A DNA stretch of 64,000 nt from Styela clava (taxonomy: Eukaryota): contig NC_135254.1 in assembly GCF_964204865.1 (NCBI RefSeq), positions 17,794,001-17,858,000 of the forward strand, written 5' to 3'. Both the position numbers and the translations under genes were made by a program. This document shows positions 26,363 to 39,802 of the stretch, piece after piece (the first letter of the stretch is position 1; every line of letters starts with the position of its first letter). The notes under the pieces are model-generated. The model made no database searches. It saw only the letters and a program-made list of their open reading frames with translations, and was not told where the DNA came from.

Positions 26363-27727
26363 ACTGGCATAAACAAGACTACACTCATCTCGTGTCGTAT
26401 ATATCAACTTGTCATTCTATATCTAACGACTATCACGGTCCAGAATTTGTCGTCTGAAAGCAAATGTATTTTAATGTTAGTTTTATATTACTACACATCT
26501 TCACTATCTAGAAGTTTTATGAATTGTCGGAGTAAAATTTGATATCGCTTATTTGTATACCTCAGTAATGTGAAAACATTGACAGCAATGAAATACTGAA
26601 ACATATTATAAAGACAAATTTGCCTGTAACTCTATAGGTTGAATACTAATTGTTCTTCAGCAGTTGATGTCAAACCGTTGCTATGTAATAAATATTGGAA
26701 CGAGAAGTTTATATGTATTAATTGGGATGTGGATCGTAGGCCTATTTATCTCCTGGAACAGAAATCAGGACAAGAACGCTTAGGTAATCGCAAGGCAAGA
26801 TAGGATAGCCAATAATTTGTACGACAATGACATTTCAGTTTCCTATTGGGGATTTCTTTCAGATTTAGTGTTGTTATCTGTATTCCTTCTGATATAAGTA
26901 AAGTTCCGAGCCTCTTAATAACAGGAATGATCGCTTCCAACTGAAAAGCATGTCCCGAGAATTGAGAAATAAGTCAAATAATATTGTTTCGTAATTTGAA
27001 TTTCTAAAGACTGAATATTTGAATTGATATCATCAATTGCAGATATCGACATAAAACATTGGCAATAAATATTCTGCTATAAACAGAATTTCATCTAGCT
27101 TGGCAGAATATAACGTGATAGCTTAGGATAGCTTATGACGAGTCGCAAAATCGACGGTCCTTCCGGAAACATAACAGTTACCCGCGAGTTACTAGAAGTT
27201 GAAATTCCCAAGCCCACCACCTCAGCCAGTGTGCAATAAATTGGAAGCAATATCGAGATGTATTTCCGTCCCTGACCCACCAGGGACCGCTCGTGTAGAG
27301 CTTTGTTCGGAGCGTACAAATTCGACCTATGAAATAAATATGTTGAATGGCAGTTTTATTGAAATTACACAAAATTAATATTATCAACTAGTGATATATC
27401 AAAAATTATCAAATAATTTAATTTTATTTCATTTGTTAATAATTCGGTATTTGCAAATGCCATCTGCAAGTTGAAGAGGGGATTTTATGCGACTACAGTC
27501 AGCTTTGACCAACTCGGGCAATTGGTATAGTGAGAATTTTTCCATTAGCCAGTGTGGGCCGATAACTTTTGAAAGACATTCACCTATACATTAAATCACG
27601 ATCTCACTAGAAATCAATATAACTGCTCGTATAAAATCTTGTTTATAGCAATTCAAACCATAAAAAAGAATATATACTATAAGACTATAAAGAACGTATG
27701 GTTTTCGATATTCTACTCCATGTAAAC

Positions 27728-28950
27728 CAGTGGTTCTCAGCCGCTGGTCCGCGGACATGGTACCGGTCCGCGAAATTTTTTTGCCGGTCCGCAAAAAATT
27801 TCGATTCGTTTTTTTTTTCAGCCGTCTCAATCCCTTTACCAAAGACGAACTTACGTTGGTTAATTACGTAATTTTTGTTCCGCCGCTATATTGCTGTTAT
27901 AAATGGTCCGGCGATGTCTTGGCGCCGAGTAATCGCACTTTTTGCTTTTTCGGTTCCGATTCATCGCGAAAGAGCTCTTTCAAATCTTGCAAGATTCAGA
28001 AACCTAAAAATCGGCACGCGCGTGCTTTTTCTGTCCTTCATGCACTTCCTGATTGATATGACCATCCAAATAAAAGGTTATGCATATTTTCATATTTAAA
28101 CCAGAAAACAGTCAAGAACAGTATAATATTCCAGGGCTTTGCCTTGATATCCAGTATGATACTAAATTGTTGCGACCCTGCACGCGGTCACGAGACGCGC
28201 AACAAAAGCATGGGCCGCTGGGATCTTTACCACGTTATGCAAAGCAGGATTTTGAGACTGGTGCCAAATTAAATTAATATGGTGGACCCGATGAAGAAGA
28301 AAAAGCTTGATTAAAGTCGTGATTCTACTTCACAGTCCAGATTTAAATAAGAATCACTGTCACAAATCTGGATATCTTTTGTTAACGAATACACATCGCT
28401 AAATAATCGAGCAATCAAGCAGTTGTCCGTATTTTCAGCCAGTTACTTATGCGAATAAACTTTTCCATCGCTAGCTTTAATATTAAAACGAAGCAAAGAA
28501 ATCGATTGGAAGCCGCTGCTGAGCAACGTGTTGCAGAAGCTTCTTTTAAGCCTCATTTGAATCCTATATTGAAAACGAAACAGTAGCAAAATTCTCACTT
28601 TATAGGTCTAATTCTGTTTGTATATGATTTGGGTTGTAGGATACGTGTTTGGATGGGATAAGATTTGAGTGTGCCCATTTTACGCATAATGCGTAACCAG
28701 CACTGCATTTTATTACGCAAATAAATGATATAATTTTATGTTCCACCCATTTCCAATTTGACCGACACATTATTTGATAGTTTTTCTTAATGTGAAATGT
28801 TTTCAACTAGAAGCATAATATTGAGTCCCCGACATCGCATCAATTACGCAAATATATGTTATTATTTTTTGTTCCAGTCATTTAAATTTTTGCCGGTCCT
28901 CAAGTACGTTTTATTTAATTTTACCGGTCCGCCAGGGTAGAAAAATTTCA
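27728..28950 (+). mobile_element. Internally deleted hAT-Charlie/Buster element with decayed transposase C-terminus
   Basis: Left end CAGTGGTTCTCAGCC. ~28440-28600 translates, with stops and a frameshift, to SYLCE..F....IKTKQRNRLE...RVA...P...K.KQ.QNSH, the typical Charlie/Buster C-terminal motif. The right end is unclear. Confidence 0.7.
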
Positions 28951-29702
28951 CACTGTATATATAGTTATATACAATAATGTATTCTATTTTGAAGGGAGTT
29001 CAAAAAAAATTATTTTGAAGAGTAACGGAACGTGTGTTGACATATGCTCAAACATACATCAGTCAGCAGATGCGCATGATTCACTTTTCAATTGAAATGT
29101 TTGTTATTTTGATATCGTTAAATTAACAATTTCCTCGAGTATATAATAAAAACCTTATTAATTATGATGATTTGCAAATGTCGCAATGCAAACGTGATGA
29201 ATTCCAGCAGTTTGCCATATCGTATTCAAACAATTGAATATTTAATCATAATTTAAAAGGTGTGTAGCATTGCTGAATTAGTATTTTTCTGAAGTGGCCC
29301 TGTATGAAAATACAATTATTTATAAACTTTTCAACCCAGTTCTGTAAATAGTGCTACTATAAATTCCCCTTCGATACATCAAGTTTACATCAGTTGGCAG
29401 ATTGATGTTCTTTATTATCCTGTTTGCAGTTTGATTCATCCTGATCGAGGCGTCATCATTTACGTGAAAGCAAGCGCTTATCTAACAAAAACTTAACAAA
29501 CTTTTCATTATCTTTTAAGATTTTGACTCGTTGCGTTCGAAAATTCCAATTTATTTTTTTCTCATTTTGTTATGTTGCACCACAAACGGAAGCTAATTCG
29601 GCCTTTTTAAACTGAGTTGAGTGTAGGGTACCAGCATAACGATTTGAATCTCTGTTGAAGTTGATAATTTATGATAGAGCTGGATACATTGCAGGTGCTG
29701 AA

Positions 29703-31211
29703 ATGTGGCAACGATTAATTATTTTGAGCTTGCTATTCAGCGTGTTTTATAAAACATGCCATGGGGAGAGATCCGAAGACTCTCTTATATGCAAACGAGT
29801 AGACAACGATGCTGCCAATGTTTTGATCACGGGACCGCAAGGTCCTCCTGGTCCACCTGGTTTAATTGGAATGGTTGGAATCCCGGGATTTGATGGCCTA
29901 CCTGGACCACCAGGAATGGGCGTAGACTACAACAGATTGGAAATTATGATTGAACAAATAGTCGCAGAAAGTGAGTTATGTGTTTTCAAAATTAAAATCA
30001 TTATGTGAAAATATATTCTATGCTATTTGGTTTTGCGAATTAATTGCTCAGGTATTTTAATCATCTCAAAAAGAATTTTCAAAATAATATTTTTATGCAC
30101 TTGCAATTTTTCCATAGCCTACTCATACCATCGTGATATTGTTTTTAGCATGGTACCGAAATTCTGCCCGAAAATGTTTTGATTCATCGGTTAAATGTGA
30201 AGACCAATGTATGTATAAACGCTATCGAAGTTTATATAGGGCCTAATATACATACAAATTTGAAGCAACTTTATAATTTTGCATATAACTTTACTATTGT
30301 TTTCGATTATACCTTAAACTCAAGTCGTTGCTATACTCTGAACATTTCGCCTCCTCATTATTTCGGTGAATATATATGACCAAATTCCACTAAAATTGTA
30401 TTGGTTATTTTAATATAATTTGATAAATAGAAATTTTTAATTTCAGCTATTCATTCTAAGGAAAATGTAAAATCACAGACTTCAAACTTTCGATGCGAGA
30501 ATCTAAATAACAAAGTCGAAGTTGATGGAAAATGTTTTTTCGATGTCGTGCCGGAGAATGAAGTCAAATTTCTTGCAGCTGCGCAGTTGTGCATAGATAG
30601 AGGAGCAACACCGGCAAATATTTACGATCGCCATCAATTCGGCAAGATAATGAATTATCTTCATGAGTTAAGACAATCATTTTATCACGTATATCTTGGA
30701 ATGGAGTTCAATCCTGAGGTTAGTATACATTGCTATGCTGCCCATAATTTAACGACGTCACATGTTGCTAATTTTTGTCTTGGGAATTGTGTCAATTGAA
30801 TGAAAAAAAAATCGTGGGAAGGAACATTTAGAATATTTTTAAATTTAATCCTTATCGGAATACAAATTTGCTTGAACATTATGAACATAAGAAAATTGTT
30901 ACTCAAAATAAAGAGTATTTATGTTTTTTTTCTAAATATATAAACACTGACTCGGCGTAGAAATTTTTACTCTGCAATGTAATATTTGACAGAATGATGA
31001 ACTCACTTTCTATGATGGAAGTCCAGCTCAATACACAAGTTGGCGCTTTGGAGATCCCGTTAGACGTGTGGCGGATCCGGTGAAAATGACGCGAGTAGCC
31101 ATAAACGTTCTGAGTGACAGCAACAACTCCGGTAATGGAATGTTGACCACGGCTATGATTTGGCCAAAAACAGGAGTACTTTGCGAATCTGCAATAGATA
31201 GAGAGCATTGA
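29703..31211 (+). CDS. Collectin-like secreted protein, copy B (252 aa)
   Basis: Exons 29703-29970, 30447-30718, 30993-31211; open frame, same architecture as A. Confidence 0.9.
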
Positions 31212-31235
31212 ATTGGCATAAACATGGCTTCATAA

Positions 31236-31515
31236 CAGACATGGGCAAACTACGGCCCGTTGGGCAGTTTAATCTGGCCCGCCTGATCTAAACTAAAACC
31301 AAATTTTGATGTTTTTGCTAAAAAATAGCTCAAGAAATTCGTTGAAATTGGGATTAAATTTAGTTTTGGCACGAGGCTCATTGTTTTCCACTTTTTCTTT
31401 TGTAACAGTGTAAATATTGTTCATAAAATGTAACTTCTACGTCGCAGTTACATGACCCGCCAGTCTTAGTAGGCAATATTGTTGGACCTTGGTCCAGAAA
31501 CCTTGCACACCCCTG
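31236..31515. mobile_element. hAT-type MITE in the 3' UTR of copy B
   Basis: CAGACATGGGCAAACTACGGCCCG ... TTGCACACCCCTG; absent from the matching 3' UTRs of A, C and D. Confidence 0.7.
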
Positions 31516-32150
31516 ATATATAGTCTATTATAATCATCTCATATCGTGTATATCGACTTTTCATTTTGATTATAAAGACTGTTACGATCCAGAACTTCTT
31601 AGAGTTTGTCTACTGAAAGCAAATGAATGCTAATATTTGTTTTAACTATCTAGCAGTTTCATGAAGTTGTCGGAGTAACATTTTATACCACGTATTTGTA
31701 TACCTGTCAGTAATGTGATTCTTGACAGCAATGAAATATATTATGAAGTCTTATTTGCATGTTTCTCTATAGGGTAAATACTATCTTTTCATCCGCAATT
31801 GATGTTAAACCGTTGCTATGTAATAAATATTAAAACGAGCAGTTTATATGTATTAATTGAGATGTGGATCATACTTATCTTCTGGAACAGAAATGATGAC
31901 AAGCACGCCTAATTAATCGTAAGGCAATATAGGATAGCCATTAGTGTGTACGACAATGGTATTTCGATTTCTTATTAGGAGTTTTATTTAGATTTATTGT
32001 TGTTATCAGTATTACTTGTGATATAAGTAAAGTTCTGAACTCATTAATAAATAGGATGATCGCTTCCAACGGGAATGCATGTCTTGAGAATTGAGAAATA
32101 AGTCAATCAATATCGTACTGGAGAGATTTCCGTTGGTTTACCCAGTAGGG

Positions 32151-32940
32151 CAGTGGTTCTCAACCTTTTACTGCCCGCGTACCATGTTACTGTTTTCACT
32201 CTGGCCGCGTGCAGCGAAAAAGACCTTTTTGGTGTGAGGAACAATGGCACAAAGCACGCTATGGGAGTGTTTTATAATGTGGCACTACATCCTTCGTGAC
32301 TCAATTTGCAAGACGGACGAAAACATGCCCATATCGATTTGTGGAAAATAGCAGGCGAGGGCGATCTGTAAAGATTGGACTGGTCCATAGGACATTTCTC
32401 CGACCTCTGACCCCAGAAAAAATCTTCCTATACTGTACTATTGCAAAAAAATATACCTACTTTGAGAGTGTTTTGTTGTGCTGGCGCTTATAAGCTGGAT
32501 TACGTTTTTGAAACCCTCATTTTTTATTAAAATTAATCAACCATGTGCCGCTTACAGGCACTGATAGTTTAGACTAGTCTATCGCTGCATTTGCGAGACT
32601 CATTTTTGATTACACCACTTAATTAATGCACCTTTGAAGACATAATGACAATTAAGATATTTCATTCACAACTATTTTTTTGAAACACAACTGAAAACTG
32701 ACAAATAACAGCCAAAACTACAAAAACGAGGCAATGTTTACTGATTATTGCTGGATACGGAAATAAACAAGGAAATTGATGCCCGGGGAAACATTCATAA
32801 AGGCCGTTCAGCGAATACATACAGTATGGAAGATAAAGCGCTGTCAGCATATTTTGGCCAACTCAAAAGTTGTTGCAATAATTCAAGGCTGCTCGCGTAC
32901 CACTTGACCATCTTCGCGTACCACAGGTTGAGTACCACTG
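32151..32940. mobile_element. hAT MITE, 790 bp
   Basis: TIR CAGTGGTTCTCAACC / GGTTGAGTACCACTG; perfect TSD CAGTAGGG. The empty site (cccagtaagg) is in a paralogous spacer at ~38017. Confidence 0.9.
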
Positions 32941-33855
32941 CAGTAGGGGCTTCGAGTGTAAGAGCATTGTTTGGAAGATCAATAAATTTGTATTCGTAAA
33001 TGCCTTGAGTTACTTAAAGCTCTCCATCTGTTAAGTTAACGAGAAGGATTTTATGTGGCTACAGTAGGCTTTGGCAAATACGGGAGTTTTCATATTGAGA
33101 ATTTTTCCATTAGCCAGTGTGAGGCGATAATATTTTGTAAAGACGGTCATTCTTCCCAATTAAATCACGATGTCGCTATGAATGAATATAACCTATCGTA
33201 TAAAATCTTGTTCATAGCAATTTAAATCTCACTATAAAGAATGTATGGTTTTCTATATTCTCCTCAATTCCACGCAGTAATGTAAACAGTTGTACTAACT
33301 TCAAGATAGTTTAATCGGCTGTATATATACCCCAATGTATTCAACTCTGAAAGAAATTTCAAAAAATATGCGTTGGCAATTTGCAAACTTCTTTGAGGTC
33401 GGTATGTAGTATTGCTGAATTAGTATTTTATTGGAGTCGTCTTGTAAGATACTACGATTACTTAAATACTTTTGTACCCAATTCTTTTAGGAGTACTACT
33501 AAAAGACCCTAATCGACACCTAAAAATTCGGGGCAATTGGCAGATTAAGGTTCTCTATTATCCTGTTTGCAGTTTGATTTATCCAATGCGAGGCGTAATC
33601 AATTACGTGTAAGCAAGCGCTAAATGAGTACCTAACAAAACATTAACAAACTTTTCATTACCTATTTAAATGTTGGCTCGTTGCGTTGGAAAATCCCAAT
33701 TAACTTTTTCCTCTTTTTGTCATGCCCAGCACAAACGGAAGCTAAGTCCGCCATTTTATAACTGAGTTGAGTGTAGCGTCCTGGCATAAAGATTTAAATT
33801 TCAGGTGAAGTTGATTATTGCTGACAGAGCTGGATACGTTGCATATTGTGCTAAA

Positions 33856-35407
33856 ATGTGGCAAAGATTAATTTTCTTGAGCTTGCTATTTAGCGTATTT
33901 TGTAAAACATGCCATGGTGAAGGATCCGAAGACTCTCTTATATGTAAACGAGTAGACAACGATGCTGCCAATGTTTTGATCACGGGTCCTCAAGGTCCTC
34001 CTGGTTTACCTAGCTTACCTGGACTGGATGGAATACCAGGACTTGATGGCCAACCTGGACTACCAGGAATGGACGTAGACCACAACAGATTGGTAATTTT
34101 GGTTGAGCAAACTGTCTCAGAAGGTAAATTTTGTGTTCATTTAACGCGTATTCAGAATGTTTAGTAAACTACGGATTGTCTATTTATTGCGTTTTTATAA
34201 GAGTTCATAATCTGTATGTACTAATTTATTTATTGCTATTTTAATCGATCAAGTAGTTCAGAAACTTCCAAAAGACTACTTCAAAGTTCTTTTGACCGAA
34301 CTTTCATAATAATATTATAAAATTATTACCAAAATGTGCTAGATATAGCCCGTGGCATCATAATATCGTTTTAGCATAATACCGAAATTACGCCCGAAAA
34401 TGATTTTCGTCAAGAACGCTGTAGAGTTAATAGGGGCTTGAATGATACAACATATGATATATATTGATACTTTGGTTTAGTTCATTTTCCCGAACTGCCA
34501 CTGTAGGTGCAGAAAAATGTTCCTCCCATTAGTGGTCTTGTTTGTTTTGATGGCCGTATATAAAACTTCCTTATTTCGGTGAATATATATTACTGAATTC
34601 TACTAAAATTCTATCCGTCACTTTATTATGTTTTTATAAATAAAAATTTTCCATTTCAGCTGCTCATGCGATGAAGAATGTAAACCCACAGCCAGAATCT
34701 CAAAAACAAAGTCGAAGTCGATGGAAAATGTTTTTTCGCTGTCTTGCCGGAGAATGAGGTCAAATTTCTTGCAGCTGAGCAGCTTTGCACCGATAGAGGA
34801 GCAATACCAGCAAATATTTACGATCGCCATCAATTTGGCAAGATAATGAATTATCTTCATGAGTTAAGACAAACATTTTATCACGTATATCTTGGAATGG
34901 AATTTGATCCTGAGGTTAGTAGACATTTAGGAAATCAATATATTGCCGATAATTTACCCACATCATGTCATTTTCCTTCCAAAAATTGTTTCAAATTAAC
35001 TAAAAAAGGGTATTAGTTAAGGTAACATTTAGAATATTTACAACTGCATTTCAGATAAAAATCGCTATACATGTCATAATTGCAAACAACTTTCAATTAA
35101 TATTGAAAACATAGAAAAACCTTCACTCAAATGGTTTGATGATCTTATATAATCTTTTAAATTTGAATTTTTATTCATGCAATGTAATATTTGACAGAAT
35201 GACGACCTCACTTTCTATGACGGAAGTCCAGCTCAATACACAAGTTGGCGCTCCGGAGATCCCGTTAGACGTGTGGCGGATCCGGTGAAAATGACACGAG
35301 TGGCCATAAACGTTATGAGTGATAACAACAACTCCGGCAATGGAATGTTGACCACGGCTATGATTTGGCCTAAAACGGGAGTACTTTGCGAATCTGCAAT
35401 AGAATGA
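33856..35407 (+). pseudogene. Collectin-like copy C, frameshifted
   Basis: Exons 33856-34123, 34660-34914, 35198-35407. A 14-bp deletion in exon 2 (after 34696, relative to A) gives TGA at 34755-57. There is also a Gly>Ser change in the collagen (GLP-SLP-GLD) and AGA>TGA three codons early in exon 3. Confidence 0.85.
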
Positions 35408-35826
35408 GAACCTTAAATTGGCATAAACAAGACTACACTCATCTCGTGTCGTATATATCAACTTATCATTCTATTTCTAACGACTATCACGATCCAAAAT
35501 TTGTCGTCTGAAAGCAAATGTATTTCAATGTTTGTTTCTGTTACCACACATCTTCACTATCTAGAAGTTTTATGAATTTGTCGGAGTAAAATTTGATATT
35601 GCTGATTTTTATACATGTCAGTAATGCGATCCAAACCTTGACAGAAATATAATACTGAAATATATTATGAAGACAAATTGGACTGTTACTGTATAGGGTG
35701 AATACTAATTTTTTACCTGCAATTGATGTTAACATTGCCATGTAATAAATATAAAAACGAGCAGATTATTCAGATTTAGTGTTGTTATCAGTATTACGCG
35801 GAATATAAGTGAAGTTCTGGGCCTAT

Positions 35827-37800
35827 TAACTTTTTAAACCCTAAAAGCGGTCCGGCTTTCCCGAGAACGCCTTCTGACCCTGAAAGCCTGTTTTCCGCCT
35901 TTGGCATCCCGTACGAATTATGCAACTTTGAAACCTCACATCTCGCGAACATTATAGTATATTTAGAAAGTTTTATACTGTTTGAAAGACAATCTTGGAG
36001 ACTAATTAAATTTATGAAATGGAGATAAAATGTCGCGATTATCCTACAAAAATTAAAAAGTGCTAAAAAACATTTTTAAATAAAATAAAATGTTTGATTT
36101 GTTCTTGTTTTATCCTAATACAGTATCGACACATTTTTGGAGGGTATAGATAGCTTTCGGATGATACCATTAGATTGAATATAGGATGCACCAGTAAATT
36201 TCAATTTCAGCAATTTCATTCAATGTACTCCAATTCATCCCATGTCCGCTGCGCCAACTTGACGTGAACAACGACGTTCCCTAATTACTGCGTCACGCAG
36301 CGACGTTACGCAAGTACGTCGCCACGTAGCAGCTCTGCATTCATTATGAAAAACACATATCGCTTTCCCTCGCAAGTGTGTAACGCAGGGTGGTCCAAAG
36401 TTGTCAGCTTCGGGGGCCACAAATTTATTTTTGCATTGTTCGTGGGCCACAATAGTGCCAAGAATAGGTAAACAGTGCAATGTAAAAAAAAAACACATTG
36501 ATCATTATTTGTCATTTATCAAGCTAAAACATGCAAAAAACCCCAAAAAACTCACTAAAACGTGCAAAACGTTTTTTTTCGATATCTACATTTAGTTTAA
36601 GATTTGAAACTGTTCAGAACAGAAAGGGTGCTTCCGCAAATGTATGTGCTTTCGAACAATGATAAAATTCTCAGATCAAAATCCCTTTAATTTGGGAAAT
36701 GCTCATTGCTTACGAGATTCCATAAAATACCGTTCTGAATTATATTTTTTGTCACCGACACAACTTGCCGACATATCGAGAAGGCATTGTAGTATTGTAT
36801 TTTCCCTCCCTTATCCAGCTAAAAATCTGTTTGAATTGGTAAGCTTCCTTTTCTAACTCATGTGTACAAATTAACTTACAAATAACTGCAGATTGAGTTA
36901 TTGCCAAATTTGAGAGTAATTACTAAATTTTCTGACATATAGGCATTAAACAGTTTTAATACTGAGTAAGCTGGCTGGAAAAAAAAATCAACCGGCATGA
37001 TTGTTACGCCATAACATTAGTATTTGCATAAGCCATGCATAAGCCAACCCAGGCTAATCGATTTCATATTCGATTTTAGTTTTCCATGATGTCTATATTG
37101 TTAATATATATTCCCGACCAAAATGATAGAAACTCAGGTAACGATTTATACCAGCCACCCACATCATTCGACTTCGCCAGTCATAAAACACTAATCAATT
37201 CAGTGACATTAGCGATGTTACAATATGTCAAGAATTTTTCTTGTTATTTTTATGAATGGAAAACACCAAATGCGATTTTAAAATACCCTCCAGCAGATGC
37301 GACGCGGGCCACAGATAACGGGGCATGGGTGTGGACCACCCTGGTGTAACGTCATTAAGGTATTATTGGAACTGGTATTATGATGTTCACACCATGTCGA
37401 ACGTTTAAATCCAGCGTTTAACATTATTCATTCCAGGGGATAATGAAATTCCTCGAATTTAAATGGGAAAAATTTGCTTGCTCCAACGAGGGGTTCCAAC
37501 AGTTGCTCCAAAATTTATAGGATGTAAACGGTCTCGTGGATAGCACACTGTGCGACCTTATGAATTTCATCAAAGCGTACAAATTTTACGTTATAAAGTA
37601 CAAAATTTAAAGACCAGTCGCCGCGACTGGTGTTACAACTCTTATCAAGAGAATATTTCGATTCTATTGGGTCGGGAAATTTAAAATATTTACCAGGTGA
37701 TCTAGCGACTGCATCATGTCTCCCACGTTCTCGTTGATAAAACTTGGTTGTATATATTATTAAATATTATTATTATATGATGCAGTATGATTATTTTATG
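35827..37800. mobile_element. Unclassified insertion starting at a TTAA (possibly piggyBac-like); right end uncertain
   Basis: Homology with the paralogous spacer (~26912) breaks at TTAA ~35826 and resumes near 37820. Contains a nested hAT MITE. Confidence 0.4.
36386..37343. mobile_element. hAT MITE (nested)
   Basis: TIR CAGGGTGGTCCA / TGGACCACCCTG; perfect TSD GTGTAACG (36378-85, 37344-51). Confidence 0.9.
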
Positions 37801-38069
37801 AAACCTTTCATAAATAATTTGCTATAAACATAATTTATTTCAAGCCCGGAAAAATGGAATGTATCGGGTAGCTTATGACGAGTCACAAATTTACGGTTTA
37901 CCTGAACCATAACAGCTATCTGTGAGTTTTGGCGGTTTCAAATCTCATGGCCACTACCTCAGCTAGTGCGTCATAAATTGGAGGCAATAACGAACAGGAA
38001 AGATTTCCGTCTCTGACCCAGTAAGGATTCTAGTTTTTGGGCCTTGTTTGGAAGATCAATAAATGTCGC

Positions 38070-38620
38070 TACAGAAGTGTGTGTACCAATATGATAGTAA
38101 CCAATTTTTGTTCGCCCACTTTACATCAAGTTGTGTAAAGGGAGACCTATGGGCAGGAGGAATGTTCTCTTGACTAACACAGACAGTCCCTTAACAGGAA
38201 ATTCGGGCGCTGCCGAAGTATGTGTACCAAGATGGTGCACAACCTGAACTCTAACCAGGTACACATACTATGTTCAGGTTGTGCGCCATCTTGGTGCACA
38301 TACTTCTGGAGGTCCGAAAATCGGTATAACATTCTAGCCTAACCCTAACCTGGTACACACACTACGGGGTACTCCCGTAGTATGTGCAACAAGATGGCTG
38401 ATACCGGAACGTAGTATGTGTATCAGGTTAGGATTAGGCCCTAATTTCAGGTACAAATACTACGGGAGTCACTTGGCTAGTCCCCGAACTCGTAACAGAA
38501 CTAAAATAAGGAAAATTGAAATAACATTATGGGCTAACCCTAACCTGGTACACTTACAATGTTAAGGTGTCCGCCATCTTGTTGCACATACTACGGGAGC
38601 GCCCACTAAGGGACTACCCG
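38070..38620. mobile_element. Cluster of nested palindromic MITEs (family of 11570-11801)
   Basis: Inverted arms at ~38206-38315 and ~38367-38604 with AGTATGTG.ACCAAGATGG and CCTAACCCTAACCTGG motifs. Confidence 0.7.
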
Positions 38621-39802
38621 ATAAATGGGTATTCGCAAATGCCTAGAATTACCTAAATCCCTTCATCTGTTCAGTTAACGTGAGGGATTTTATGTGGTTA
38701 CAGTAAGCTTCGACCTACAGTAACATTAACCGACAGATTTCCATAGTGAGAATTTTTCCATTAGCCAGTGTGACGCGATAGTTTTTTGTAAAAACAGTCC
38801 TTCATCTAAATCTCACTAGAAATTAATAATACATATCGTATGAAATCTATTTCATAGCAATTCAAACCGCACTATGGTTTTCAATATTCTACTCCATTTT
38901 ATACATTTCTACTCTTTTCTACACGGTAATGTAATGGTGGTGATTGTATAATTTCAAGAGAGTTTCATCGACAATATATATACCACAATGTATTCTATCT
39001 TAGGAAATCTCAAAAAATATTTTGATGAGTATTGAAACGTGAGTCGAGCAAAGCTCGAACAAGCATCAGTCACATGCGCATGATTTATTTTTCAAACTAA
39101 ATGCTTGTCATTTTGATATCGGTAGATGAACAACTTCATCTAGTATAATAACAACATTATTAATCTTGATAATTTGCAAATGTTGCAATGCAAATGTGAT
39201 GAATTGTGAATTCCAGCAATTTGCGAAATCGTATTCAACCAATTTAATATTTAATCATAATTCAAAAGTTTGAAACAAAAAAAGATAAATACGTTGCCGC
39301 CATACTGTATCACCCCATTTCATCTCGAAATACTTTTCATTTTTGAGCAATTGGTAAAGTGATTCAAAATCGGTGTGGGGTATTGCTAAATTATTATTTA
39401 ATAAAGTGGGTTTTGTATGAAAGTACATTTACTTACATACTTTTAAACTCAGTTCTGTTACGAGTACTACTAAAAGTCCCCAATCGATACACCAAATTCA
39501 GGTCAATTGGCAGATTGCGGTTCTCTATTATCCTATTTGCAGTTTAATTTATTTTGTGCAGACGTCAGCATTTACGTGTAAGCAAAGGCTCAATGAGTAC
39601 CTGACAAAAACCTAAAAAACCTTTCAATATCTTTTAAATTTTTGACTCGTTGAGTTGAAAAATTTCCATTTAACCTTTTTCTTTTTTGTTATGCTTCAAA
39701 CAGAGCACAAACAGAGTTGAAAGAATGGTACTTTTATAACGTTTTGAATCTCTGGTGAAGTTGATTATTGCTGATAGAGCTGGATACATTGCAGGTGCTG
39801 AA

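Noticed and set aside
26117-26407. Recurrent antisense ORFs over collectin exons (also 30903, 35171, 39670, 41807, 44224)
   Set aside because: These are shadows of the conserved sense exons, with inconsistent starts and no independent signal.
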